A stretch of 64,000 nucleotides of DNA from NCBI GenBank assembly GCA_036172245.1, contig JAYWIR010000015.1:3100001-3164000 (forward strand), read 5' to 3'. A program made the translations under genes and the position numbers. Source of the stretch: Raillietiella orientalis (lineage: Eukaryota). Positions 15,001 to 27,747 of the stretch are shown here, one piece after another. How positions within the stretch are numbered: position 1 is the stretch's first letter; the number at the start of each line of letters is the position of its first letter. The notes below the pieces were generated by a model that did not search any database, was not told where the DNA came from, and was given only the letters and a program-made list of their open reading frames with translations.

Positions 15001-18000
15001 TTTTTTCATTTATAATACAGTAACACAACTAGCCCAAGAAACTTCGATCTATAAATTCAGCTGTCAAAGCAACACTTTAAAGCTTTACACATTTATTGTC
15101 TCTTTTTATTGTCATTCAACATCTACGTTTCCTTAGAAAATACAGCATCTTATGCAAAACTATGGTTTGGGGATTTACTAGAAAATATTTTTCCATGTAA
15201 AGACATTTTATAGTCCATTCTGGAATGCATGAGCTTAACAAGTAGATTTTCCGAAAAACACTTCAATATTTTTTCAGTCAAGTATATTAAGGGAAAGAGT
15301 GAATAATTACAAATTCTAATTATACAAAAAATAATAATCATGAAAAGCAATATTATGAAAACACATAACAGAAAAAGGCATATTTTGGGAAAAAAATCCA
15401 ATGGCTTTCTGCTGCAATAATCCATATGCATTCTCTAAGTCATAAATATAAAAATTAAGCTTATCTAAAATAAAATAATAAAAAAAAAACTATTTTCCGA
15501 TTTCCTCAAGTACATCATGATGAGTTTATAAATGCAATTCCAAAGTACAGTGAATAATGAGATTTCTAACCATTAAACAAAACATCCTGATTGGAAGAGG
15601 TTCTTATCTCAGCAGTTTCAATGATATCACTCTTCAGAGATTTCATGTCATTTTGGTTTGTTAGATTTTTCCCCCAAGCTTCCAATTTAGAATTCTGAAA
15701 TATTGAAAGCTCATTAAGTTCATCAATGAACATCTGCATAATGTAAAAATACTATTGAATCAAAATTTTGTAGAATTTAACAAGGACCAAATGGTATTTT
15801 TTGTGAATTTTCTGCTTGCGTCAAAATAAAACACATCTTTTAGGATTGTAACACTGAAATTCATAAATTACTTATGGTAAATATGTAGCATGCAAAACTT
15901 CAGAATTTTAGATTTTATTATTTTTGACAGTCTCATTCAACTTCTATTATTACGTTTACTCTATCAATCTGCAAACACACAGCAATAACAAATCATTCTA
16001 AAAATTACTTGAAATTATAACATTGTATCTTACTTTGCTAATTTTTTAAAAAAGTAGCAATTTAAGGACTTATCCAGATAGTCCTAGATCTGGATGCATT
16101 GTTGGATATGCAACATCATGAAAATATGTAATGTTGACAAATATAAGTCTTTAAATAAAGATGAAAATGATGACGCAGAATATAAGTTCTAGTTTGATAC
16201 AATTCTGTCAACAACAAAATCAAACGTAAAAATTGCTGTAAATTCAAGCATTACATTCCTGTTTATTATTAGAAGCAGAAAAGAATTCAATACAAAAAAT
16301 TATTTAATCCACAGACAACAGTTACTTTACATAAAAATCCAAAAAATAAATACATGAGCTTAGCTCATCAGCAGTTTTAAGTGAAATATGGCGTTCTGTA
16401 CATAAGAACAATTCTAACAGACCAAGATAGTCTTTTTTTTTTTTGCAAGATAGTTTTGTATTGAGAAATGGAAACAGACAATGAAACATTAGGTGATAGA
16501 AGGAAACATCAACTGTCTTCAATAAATAACAAAATTTTAAATTTCTGAAATAAATTATAACATACAGGATCTAAAAGGTCATTAGTCTCAAGGTTTTTAG
16601 GTACACTATGTGGAATTCCAAGTCCAGATGCAGTCCCATTCATCCCATTGATCTCAGATGAGATAGTTTCCAAAAAATGCCCAGCATCATTCATAACTGA
16701 AATACTTCTACTAAAAATAATTGAATAAAAGCATATCAGATTTACACACCGTAAACTGCTGCAGTCTTGCTACTATCAGTTTCAGCACATTTCTCCCCAA
16801 ATGAGGAAAAGTTTTTGTTCACCAAACATGAAGTTACCTCATCTGATTCAGAGATTTTCTTCTTTCTTCTTAAAATAACCTGCTGTATCAAATGAATTAA
16901 CCTCAGAACAGTAGGTTTAATTATAATCACTATCAATCCAAGATACCTCACACTTACCTTTAATTATTATTAATGATATTACAGTCTTTAGAATCTTCCA
17001 AATAAAACACTAATAATTTTTACTGTGATCATAAACTGATCTACTGACTAATTATTGGGATAATTTCACAATTACTCATTTCAATAAGAAATTCAATACG
17101 TAAAAATCTCATTATCAAATCTGCAATCAGCAACATCAACTGATTATACTATATAAAGAAGGAGGAAGGCTATTTAGACGCTCAAACATCACAAGCTATA
17201 CATTCTTCTCTGTCCCTTTCAAATATTTTCTCTGCATGCATATATGGGAAATTAGAATAAATGAATGTTTACAAATAGTTACATGTGCTTGTAAATGTTC
17301 ATTTATGAGTAACGAGTTACGAAAAACGTTCTGGCCAAAAGAATAAAACAGTTCACAGAACAATACATGTATTTCATATTAAAAATTAAAAGCACTCACA
17401 TCGTGCAGAATTTTTATCAAAATTTTAACAAGCTGGGTCTTTCACACTATTTTCTGATAATCACTAATCCTTCTAATGACTTCATTTATGAACGTACCTT
17501 AATCCAATGGTGATAAATGCATCCCTCGGAAAGCCACTTCGATTTACTATTTTCATCTGTTATTTTTTTCATATTGCTTGTTAACAGATTAATAAGATCT
17601 TTGAATTCTTTTAAATATATCGTTAAAATATGGATTACTTCCATACATTCATCAACATTTCCATTCAGTACACATGCTTCATATACGTCCGTGACAATTC
17701 TTTTTAGATTTTTTAAAAGTTGCCACCAATACTGCAAACCTATGTGAATTTCAAACATTTTGCTAACTAAGTACGACTCAGTAAATTAAGGGCTTAAATT
17801 AATTTATGATGTTCAATTTGAAAATACATAAACAACTGATCATACCTTTACACTTGCATCTATCTTCCAACGAATGAGAGCGTATATAACTTTTGGGCAT
17901 TTTCTTAAGATCCAAACTCAAAAGTTCGCTAAAACAATTGTATTTGATGAAAACCAAATCAACATTCACGTCAACTATGAGAACCTTGCTGACAATTAAA

Positions 18001-20109
18001 ATAAAAACCTTACTACATACTACTTATCCACAAGCGACAGTTTTCAAACTACCATTTGGAACGGTTTACGCTTGCCAACTCTCACTATTTGGTCTAGTTT
18101 TATGAGCATGCTTTGGAGGACATGATTATGGCTAATATTCCCAAGCTTATTCAGCTTTCAGTGATATCTCCTAACCAATCATGAAAAAAAAAAAACAGAA
18201 AATTTCTATACTTGAACGAAAAGGGCACTGTTCATTCGAATTCAAGACATCTTTGGCATATCGTATTCTTTGAAACATCAACACTGTACAATGCCTTTAG
18301 AGGAAACGTTTGTGTGCATCAAAAATGATCTTAGTCAAACTTAAAATAATACCATGTAGTCATTGTGATTTCAAAAAAAAAAAACATAGCTCAATAACAT
18401 TCTATGATAACAAATTGATTTCAATTCCGTGAAGCATTTCAGGGGTGAAGAACATTTAGTTTTAATTGTATTAGATCATAGCTTGGCCATTAGAATTATC
18501 TTTCATTCATTCAAATCATGATCACTTCGATTTTCTCCATCTAATGGATCTATTTTTGTCCACTGAAGAGTTCGGATTAAAAGAATACGATCAATATATT
18601 ATTTCAGTTTATTTAAGTTTTTAGGAAAGCAACTTCATTAACAACTTTACTTTTACTCCTTTTAATATCAAAAAAATGAAAAATATTTTGCTATTTGTAT
18701 TTTTGATTAAATAATCTTTGACCATGGAATGTTATGATCTATGAAATTTTTATAATCTTGTTTTATTATTTCTTGCATTTGTACTCATCATCATAAAAAA
18801 ATTCATCCCGGTTCATCTATCCAGTTTTAAATTGAATACCGTAAATTTGGGCTCAAGATTTGATAGAGAAGTAGCAGGAATCGTACTAGTTCCCTTTTGC
18901 CCAGGAGATTTATTTCTGCTTTCATTTCACCTACTCATGTTTGAAAGCCTTGGATACAATTTTTCCTTTTTAACTGCTTTCATATAGATACAGTATATCA
19001 TGATCATGTTTTGCTTCCTGAAATTTGATACTGCTTTCTATTAAAACGTTAATGAAATTCTAGCCTTATCTCCAATTCTACCTAATCTCTACATGACTAT
19101 GACTACTAGAACAGTCGGTTGAGATGTGGTAATTTACAAAATATTTTGAAAACTTTAGGCCAGTAAAAGACAATGAGTCACCGTACCATCACTACAATTG
19201 TCAACAATGTTTGCCCTTCTAGAGTTTTTATTTCCATAATTAATGATCATGAACACAAGAAATAACTGACACTTATTCCTATATCCGAAGACTGTCATTT
19301 ACAGATATCAGAAGACTAATGACTTTGGAAATCTCAAAGGTCTACATTTTCATGAAGAATTAAGTGCGAAGTAATAGATTTTTTAAAGTTTAACAAATAC
19401 GTTTTTTTGAATCTTGTCTGTACTACAGTCTTGAAGATTGTCGTACAGACAAGATGACACTGACTTAATGTATAGGGTTAGTTAAGTATAACTTATAAGT
19501 AATTCTGAGCCACAAGTCCATCATACAGCTACCATATCCTCGAGGGTTGATAATACAAAGTGAAAAACAACAACACAAAACATGCACGCCCCAGGTTCCT
19601 TATTTGTTTCCTTACAAACACTTTTGGGGTGGCCAACACCATCGTCCAATATCCTGAATAAATCAGAATATATTTATTTCATGAATAAAAATGATTACTG
19701 AGCTCTTAGAAAACTTCTTTGTAAACAGTTGCAGAAATCGCAACTCCCAGTCTTTTTTTTTTGTATATATATTGAAATTATCGCTTTATTGCGATAAATA
19801 CCTTGAAGTGTGATAAATAAACTCTATTTTACATTTTCTTGTTGAAATGCTGAAGATAATTGCACAGTCTCTACTGTTGAAATGGTAAAGAAAATGGTCT
19901 TCCGTAATGGGGTATACCCCTGTTAAATCAGAACTTCATCTAATAACTTGAGTTGATTTTTTTTTGGAAAAAAATATTTAAAGACTGGCAGGAACTACTC
20001 ACACAAGTTTCTTTTGTTTCCTTATCCTAGTAGATGAAGGACAATGGACCATGTTTTTGGCTGATTCGCTGTTTGCATCTGGTGGCTGCGTTAGACGAAG
20101 TGACGGCAT
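1..20109 (-). CDS. SCAPER: S phase cyclin A-associated protein in the ER (SCAPER) orthologue; multi-exon, 3' end lies beyond the left edge of the window
   Basis: Phase-consistent GT-AG exon chain (minus strand): 20003-20109 (tentative first exon), 17846-17928, 17498-17739, 16750-16879, 16566-16696, 15571-15694, 14173-14274, 11823-12204, 9567-9702, 7147-7216, 6936-7102, 6489-6839, 5444-6430, 5269-5387, 172-306, 1-120. Recognisable SCAPER segments: N-domain LQYWWQLLKNLKRIVTDVYEAC...ECMEVIHILTIYLKEFKDLI; DEGWKLV; coiled coil [26 protein letters not shown]; C2H2 finger [24 protein letters not shown]; C-terminal DLISYIVALGIVD and LQTTEFMGSTSMLYGML. Confidence 0.92.
1714..1751. repeat. Interrupted (CA)n/(CACG) microsatellite in a SCAPER intron
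   Basis: cacacacacacgcacgcacacacacatgtacacacaca read directly. Confidence 0.7.
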
Positions 20110-20360
20110 GCAAACTCGTAATTGGTGATGTTTGTAAGAATTGAAAATTTGAAAGTTACGAAGTTTTCCGAAAGTTTACGTGAGTAATGATTGCAACTGC
20201 AAATAATAATTATTCACAGCGGCATACGTAGTTAGCAGCAGTAATCACAAGTTTGCATAGAAATGGAGTATCTATCTAAGGTATGGAAAAGGGCTGTGAA
20301 GGAATAAGACTTTCAGAGTGGCAACCGAACAATTCCATTGTTTTATAAACCTGCAAAGCC
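20110..20360. promoter_or_regulatory. Probable bidirectional promoter / 5' UTR region shared by SCAPER (-) and SMIM15 (+)
   Basis: Lies between the inferred SCAPER ATG (20109, minus) and a plus-strand donor GTAAGT at 20361, which could pair with the acceptor TTTAG ending at 20665 just upstream of the SMIM15 ATG. Position-based inference only. Confidence 0.45.
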
Positions 20361-20698
20361 GTAAGTATTGTAAATATCACCTGTGATTGCCCACAAAAAA
20401 TTTTTTCAGGAGGAAATTGTATTTAGCAAATTGGTACAAAGATCGAGGTACAAAAAACTAGTTTCTAGTAGTGTATTAGGAAATTGGACACGGTTTGGAT
20501 TTTTATTACAGTGGCATACGTTTTATTAAATTACAAAATACCCACAAGTTTATAGTAAAGTGCACAGCAATTTCAACCCTGGAATGACATTTTGTGGAAT
20601 CAATAATATTTTGTAGGATTATTGCATTACAAAGTAAAGCGTTTTTTTTTTTTAAATTTGTTTAGCCATATGTTATCTTGTTTGAGAAATACTATACG

Positions 20699-20962
20699 AT
20701 GGATTCGAATGAACGTTCCTCCTCACATATGGTTAAAGAGAAGATAGGTTACTTTGAAAACTTACTAAAAGAAATTATCATATATGCAGCAAAAAATCCT
20801 TGGAACTTTGTTTATTATGTAGTTTTATGCCTTACTCCCTTTTTAGTAATTTCTTTAATTCTCTCTTGGAAATTATCCAAAGAATTGGAACTTAAAGAAA
20901 AGAAAGCAGCCAAAATTAGAAAAAAGAATAAGCATGAAGTAAAGAAGAGCAAAGCTGAATAA
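20699..20962 (+). CDS. SMIM15: Small integral membrane protein 15 (single coding exon, 87 aa)
   Basis: ATG at 20699; protein ...YAAKNPWNFVYYVVLCLTPFLVISLILSWKLSKELELKEKK... matches the SMIM15 pattern (AAKDP-F---V-L-LTPLF--S--LSWKLAK-IE--EK), with one TM helix and a basic tail. Confidence 0.9.
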   Translation: MDSNERSSSHMVKEKIGYFENLLKEIIIYAAKNPWNFVYYVVLCLTPFLVISLILSWKLSKELELKEKKAAKIRKKNKHEVKKSKAE

Positions 20963-21009
20963 TTGGAAAACAGCACTGCATTTCATAAATGTATTTTGCT
21001 TGAAGCTTC

Positions 21010-21562
21010 TCAAGTTTTGGAGCCAAGGTCATCATATGTAGGGAATGTGGACTTCGTACTCTTGGACATGATTAGTATGAAAAAAATATAATCTAAACTT
21101 ACTGCCTGTTTGCTTGAACTATCTGATAATTTGTGTCTTTGTTTTTGCAACATCAGTCGATAATTTTCTAATATCTCTTCCTTTGTAGGAGGATCATTCC
21201 TCCTATAATATAACCATCCTTACATGCATCAAAGTAAAATACTTATAGCAAATCTGTAAGCTACCTTTCCATTCGGGAGGATGTTCAACATCAAAATCTG
21301 TCTTCCCAGGTAAAGGCACAAACCAGCGCCTTTGATGCTTTGTACCTCTTTGTGGTGCTAAAACAGTAATAATTAAAGCAACATGAAAAACTATGTATAC
21401 TAATGAAACTTATTTGAAACAATAATGATTGAGCTCACTGGCTGACTCATAATATTTGTTTCCATACTGATCTTCTCCAACAAATTTAGCTTTAAACCTA
21501 CTGGGCTTCAGAAAACTTGAAAAATTAGTTAAGATCACTTCAAATAAACTTTTTCGACTCAT
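21010..21562 (-). CDS. NDUFAF2: NADH dehydrogenase 1 alpha subcomplex assembly factor 2 (mimitin; NDUFA12 family), 127 aa, 4 exons
   Basis: Not in the ORF track. Exons 21439-21562, 21265-21357, 21103-21218, 21010-21060 join in frame: MSRKSLFEVILTNFSSFLKPSRFKAKFVGEDQYGNKYYE...RRWFVP...DFDVEHPPEWKGWLYYRRNDPPTKEEILEN...FPTYDDLGSKT*. VGxDxxGNKYYE and PxEWxxWL are family motifs; PPTxEEILxN is NDUFAF2-type. Confidence 0.88.
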
Positions 21563-23630
21563 GACTACTGATTCACCAACAATACTTGAGTTCCTAAATG
21601 ATAAATAAATGCAGTCCTTGAATACATATCAAACACTTTAGCTAAATAGATTTCATGCTAAGTGGATTTGATAGAATCCTCAGAAAAATGCAAAAGCTTG
21701 TTAATTTTAGTAAAAAAAAAAAAAAAAAGTCGATTTCAAGAAAGTTTAATTTATAAACTGCTTTAACAGCAACTATCAGCATGAAAATATGTAAAACTTT
21801 ATAATATTACGTATGCACATACTTGTTCTATTCCGCTAAAGTAAGCAACATTACACTTTACTACTAACTGTAGTAAGTATGCAAGTTTTCTGTAAAAAAT
21901 TTTTCCTATGAAGACATTCGTATAAAAGTTGTTGCAATGCTTCCTTTTGTGCATTGAAATATCCAAGGCTATACCTCTACACCTTCAACTATTGTAACTG
22001 CTTAATACTGCAATATAATTCTCCCTCCAAAATACACTTTCGAAATGCTTGTGAAAGTTCATTTTGTAGGAAGACTGTATTCAACATAGCGCACTGCACA
22101 CATCTGAAATAAACTGGAGGGCATGTAGTCTTCATGCAAGCATACATAATAGGTGTCATTGATTATCCAGTAAGTATTACTGCTAATCAAGTTCAAGACA
22201 TTCAAGAATTACAATTTTTACCAAATTGTACAAAATGTGTACAGTCGGCTACTATTCCACTGTGGTAAGCATAGTACATAGCACTGCATCTCAAACGCCA
22301 CACAATTTTGCCAGGAAAGTTGTTAAAGCGCTCTAAAAACAGAGTTGGTAGGCCGCAAGACATAGTGACTCCATCACACACATTCACTCGATCCTACCCA
22401 ATCTCTGAGAAATATCCAAGTCTGAAAGCACTTGAAAGTAGAAGGCCCCCTGAGATTGCGATTAGCCCATCTCGGCCCCATGTCAAACGAATATTTTTCT
22501 TCGCCGTGATTGTGGAAATTTGAAGACTAACATTTAGATAATTTCTGATGCAAAAGAACGGCTTGTGAAAGCTAAATTACATAACACGGAAAAGCAGTTA
22601 ACACTCGTATAGAACGAGTCTCTAAAGAGCTCGTATGAATACGAACTCTTCGAGATGGATTGGGATGCGACGAGTGTTCCTTGATATGTAGAAAATGACC
22701 CTTACAATAATGGATTTGTTTATCGAAAAATACATTGTATATATTTTTACTTCTGCATTCTGAATATCGCCTTTCCTCTGATAGTTTAACCGAGTGCTAT
22801 TAACAATTCTGCTCAAAACTCTATTGACATGAAAACACTGAAATGAGTAACGATCTTGTGTTTAGTGCACTGGTCACTTTTAGCGTGCTTTCCATAAGTG
22901 AATTTTTTGGAAAGAAACAAGAAAACAACAGTTTGGGAAGGTTTGTGCAGATTGTTGTAATTTCGGTTCACCTCCAAATTTTCCTATCAGACTTGCCAAT
23001 AGCTTTTCACACGTCACATAAAGAATGAAATATCAATGAGGAAATTGTGAAAATGTCGAAATTTTCTTAGCTCAGCTAAAAAAGAAAATCGAAAATTCAA
23101 CAAAAAAGACACAAGCTGTGAAGTATTATGAAATTTTGTAAAGTAATTCCAAAAGTGTGAAAGAACATTTCAAAGAAGAATAGATCAAACTAATGAATTC
23201 AAGATCGCAGAGATCTTATAGGAATGTGCAACTCTAAATCAGAAACAGAGTCAACTGGATTTACAAAAGTTGACTCCATTAGCAAATAATGAAAAACCTA
23301 AGACAAATAAGTGATTTGAATACAAAAAATAAGTGAAGAAAGAATGTTTTTGCAACATTTTAGACTATATAATCTGGAAGTATTGGGTTCATTATGCTCG
23401 CTAGATCCCATGTGCCTTTTAATTTTGAAAATTCAGTATTTAGGACTAAAATGTTCTTTGTGTTTTGAAGTCCAGCAAGTTTTTGTTAATTTTTCCGAAT
23501 GCTTCCAAAATCCCAAGGAAGCTTTCTTTGAAATCACACTCTTCCTCAAGTGAATGAAAACCTAGATACGCACTCAAAAGCAAATGAAGAGAAATATTTT
23601 CTCACCTTCCAATTTTTATTCTAGAAAAAG

Positions 23631-23676
23631 AAAACTTTTAGCACTCATTTGCAAAAACTTTTAGCACTCATTTGCA
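23631..23676. repeat. 23-bp perfect tandem duplication
   Basis: aaaacttttagcactcatttgca occurs twice in a row. Confidence 0.8.
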
Positions 23677-24576
23677 ATTATAAGCAGTTCGCATTATTGC
23701 TGTTGTAACTAAATGTACAAGATCTTCACGTATAAAAGGCAATTGTATAAGTTGTGGAATAAGAAAGAATTCAGAGAAATTATTACTCAAAACTCATCAA
23801 GATAATACAATAGCTTTATTTTTTACACAGTAGATGTCCATGCAAGGTGAAGCAAATGAAATGGTCAGAATCGAATCTTTAATATTATAATTTAATGGAA
23901 AGTGAAAAATTACAATATCAAAGGCTTTTTAAACTATTAGTTAAGTTAAATCTTGAGAATGGTTTTTGTGCTGTACATTAGAAGAACTACAACCAATTAC
24001 TTTTCAGTGATTCGAAGCTGTTCTTAAGGAATATATGCCACTTGCCAGTTAAATTTTCAGGAATGAGACCGACTTGAATGTTTTCTCTGAAAGAATTCTC
24101 TTGAATAGCTTGATAGGGTAGAAAGAAAATCGTATAAACTCATCATCACTTTCGGAAACTTCAGCTTGGAACTATTTCCCTGCTGCAATACAGCACATGC
24201 ATACACATTACTCTCTGGTGTCGATCACAACCTATAAGTACCACCAATCACATGCAAAATTTTTAGCTTTCGTAAGTTTGAAACAAAGTGCATTTTAACT
24301 CCATACTCCTGATGTACATCCGAATTTATGGAATGCTTTTTCTGAAATTGAAAGCTAAATCTTAGATCCCGTATGCCGGAAAATTCCCGAATCTATGATC
24401 AAAACGGGAACAAGAGACGGCAATCCCTGCAATTTGGAGGGGGATGTTCTGTTTCTGTAATTGTAACCTTAAACAGACCCGCGGTTCTCTAACTGCAGTA
24501 ATGGACTCCTATGTAGCTCATTCGCAGGAGCTCAATCTTCAGTTCGTATTGTTGTTGGATTTACACTTTCGTTAAC

Positions 24577-25018
24577 TCATGTGCTCTGATTAACGTGGGA
24601 CCTAGAGAAACTGGCTGGAAAAGCATCTTCAAGATTCGATTGCAGAACGTTTGATCCCAGAAGCATCAGGACCGACTGGTCCCCGTAAAGACGATCTTCG
24701 CAAGAATCGGCGTTGGACAACGACACTTGAGTGTCCACATCATGATCCAATCCCCTTTCCTTTGATCCAATCCCATCCAATCCAATCCCATCATCCGTAG
24801 ATGGACAAAAGGAAGAATACTGGAGAAGCAGAAGTCCATTTTTTGTTAGCACACATTAGTTTCTTAAGCGGCTGCGATGCCTCACAGTCCTTCGTCTCGA
24901 GTCTTGTGCAAATGTCACGTTGATTCCATGATGCTCAATTTCGTCTTTGGGGTGCTTTGAATGTTTCGCAGAGGACTCTTCGAAGCTGCCTTCGTCCAGC
25001 ACGTGACGGCGCTTCTTT
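24577..25018 (-). CDS. Candidate spliced hypothetical protein (two exons, 5' end unresolved)
   Basis: Exons 24886-25018 and 24577-24819 join in frame across a 66-nt GT-AG intron; a further 45-nt GT-AG intron candidate lies at 25019-25063. No recognisable domain and no confident start codon. Confidence 0.3.
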
Positions 25019-27747
25019 CTGCGAAATCGAGTGCCAGTCGGTGCGTCCAATGAAAATTCTTACCGTATTCTTGACGTCTTCTAAGAATTCATATGTGTTG
25101 AGGAATGGACACACACATACTTTTTGACTGCGAAACTCGGAAAAAAATTTTCAAAATGGACTAGGCTTTTTTCAAAAGTGAACGGAAGCGCGTACAAACA
25201 TGCACGGCCGTCTTGCTTGCGTGGCGTTCTCCCATGGCTGTCTCAGGGTCCTCTTTAACGAACCGCATCGATGGCCGCTGAGGTACATGCCCGGAGGTTG
25301 GCGTTCACCTAGGGCTGCATGCAAAAGATGCCTCCCTCCCATAAAGACCTGTGTGCAGTCATCCTGTGCGCGTCCCATAGGACGTGCGTCGTGGAGCCGA
25401 TGATGGCGAACCCTCTTCTCCAACCTCCGGAACGGAAGGCGCACAGGCGGTTTCCTGCCTCGTTCGCACTCACTACCCGGCCTTGCCTCCTTGGCGTCTC
25501 CAAGGACCGGAACCAACGTGCAACCCACCAACGATCCTTTTCTTTTTCTCCATCCTCAGAAGAGAAGTGGAGAGGAGAATGGAATCTAGTGGAATCTAGG
25601 AAGGTAGAAGTCCGTCATGTTCTGTCGTGTAGTTCTGAACTTCTGTAGATCCATCTTAAGGGGGAGGGGAATAGAAAAAGAGGGAGGGAAAACTTGTCCC
25701 CGAATTCAATGACCTCTGTTCAGCAGAAACAGGGAGCCCCAGGAAGCCAAAGGCTCACTTGGCAGGGAATATGGAGAAGCGCGTTTCCCTTTGTTTTTTC
25801 TCGAGGTCCTTTCCTCCCAAGGTGCCTCGGTTCCCCGTGGGTAGTGCCCCTGCGCGACCCAAGGCAGGGAAGAGATGAACTCCCCCTGGCACTTGCTGTG
25901 GGCTAAAAGGAATGCAGCAGCATCCCCATAGAGCATCCAGCATGCTTCTCGAGGACTGATTCCCCGCTTTGGTCGGTCAAGAGAGCGAGAAATCGCCGCA
26001 AGAGCGAGCTGGAAAGGGGAAGGAAGGAAGAGCGCAAGGAAATACAGGATGAGGATCCCGCTGAGGACAAGAGGGCATAGGGCAGCAGTTTCAAGACGGC
26101 TTAGAGCAGTTTGGCCTTCCTCCGGGTTCCCGAGGTGATGGAGCCGAAGGGGAAACCGCGGCGTCGGGGCTGTCAGCAGTCGCTAACCTACCACCGCCTT
26201 AGGCGTTTTTCTGAGGGCGTTCAGAATGACCAGGAGCACGAGAGCAGAGAGGCTCTCTCCCACCCACACTCCTTTCCCACCCGCCCCTTTCCAAAGAATC
26301 ACTCCAGCGATGGCTGCCGTCTCCGCGACCGCTCCGGGAGCTGCACGGAGTTGGCGGCAGCCACGGGAAGCGGAGAGGCTCGGAGAGGTCCTTTGATCCT
26401 CTTTGGCTCCGGATGCCGGATCTCTCTCCTCCCTCTGCCTGCTCCTTGCTGGTCCCGAACCCCATCGGGACCAGCAAGGAAATACTCTTTCTCGAGGGCA
26501 GCCAGCTCGCCCTCCCGACTTGACGCGCACCTCGTATGCCTTCCGGAAGCTGGGAATGCCTTGATCCCGTGGTGGCTGCCCGGTCACGTAGGAAAGCAGG
26601 CGAGAGTTGCCTTCTCCCTCCCCCTCATTCCTTCTTCCATTCTCTGCCGGCCCCTCCGTGAGAGCGTCAAATAGGGCAGGAAGGGAATTTGTGTGTGGGG
26701 GGGGGGATCAGCGACAATCGAGGGAGAGAAGGGAAGCGGCGGCGGAGGACAGCGATCCGGAGTCCCGTAACAAGGTGCCGGGCAAGCTTTCCCGGTGTCC
26801 CCCGAGTGCCTTTCCAGAAGGCTTCGTCTTTCTTGAGGAAGGGTAGGGGAAAGAAGCAAGGTCGGGACCCGTCGTGTCTGTAGCGGTTGCTGCGCGACAC
26901 CGAAGGGGTTCCGATCGCCGTGAGGATCCTGTGAAAGTATTTCCCACCTTCGCTTTCAGGAGGTAACAGGGAAGGTCCTCCCCTTCCTAACAGGGCATGC
27001 TGCTGGCTCGGTTCAGCGTGTGGAAGGGCGCGTTCCTCCCTCCCTCTCCCTGCTCCTTCTCCTCTCTGTCGAGCCGGCGGTATCCCCGGGCTTCGCGACT
27101 GTCCCGCGCCGTCGCCATACGGACCGCCCGAAGAATCGCGACCGCCGAGAGCTCTGGCTTTAAAAGCTGAGGGTTCGCCCCGGATTCATGGCAAACATCC
27201 GTTGCGACATGCGGAGTCGGATCATTACCGGACATGTGAAATGTGTATGAGGTTGCGTGTATGAGGAAGAGATGAGTGAAATGGGGGGTGAGTAGGAGGA
27301 GGAGGAGGAGGAAGAGGATAGGGGCCTCCGGTTTTCAATGGCTCCTGAAGGACCGTCTCGATTACCGCCTGCTGTCTTGTCGATGCCTTTCATCGTCTCA
27401 CGCTGTCGGCTGCCCTGGAGACACCTTCTCGTTTCCTCCCGATCTCCTGCCCTCCTCCTGCAGTGGCAACAGCCTCGAATACTCTTCGCCCCCTGTGGCC
27501 GCTCCCTGGGGACGTTGGCCTCTGCTCTGCTTCCTCCTTCCGCGCCTCTCCGGAGCATCGAGCGACTGTCCGGGAAAGAGACCTCTGTGGCTCTGCGCTC
27601 GTCGGATGAAAGGTGGAGGAACAGAGGCGCTTTTTGGGTGGGGAGGGGAGAAGTGAATCATCCTCCGCTCCATTCCTGTTCAAGTGCTCCTATGCTTTCT
27701 CATTCGTCTCAGGTGGGCAGCGGCGGCGGCTGCGGTCTCTCCCTGGG

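Noticed and set aside
21563..24500. ERCC8 head-to-head with NDUFAF2, as in human
   Set aside because: No WD40/ERCC8-like coding sequence recognised on the plus strand here.
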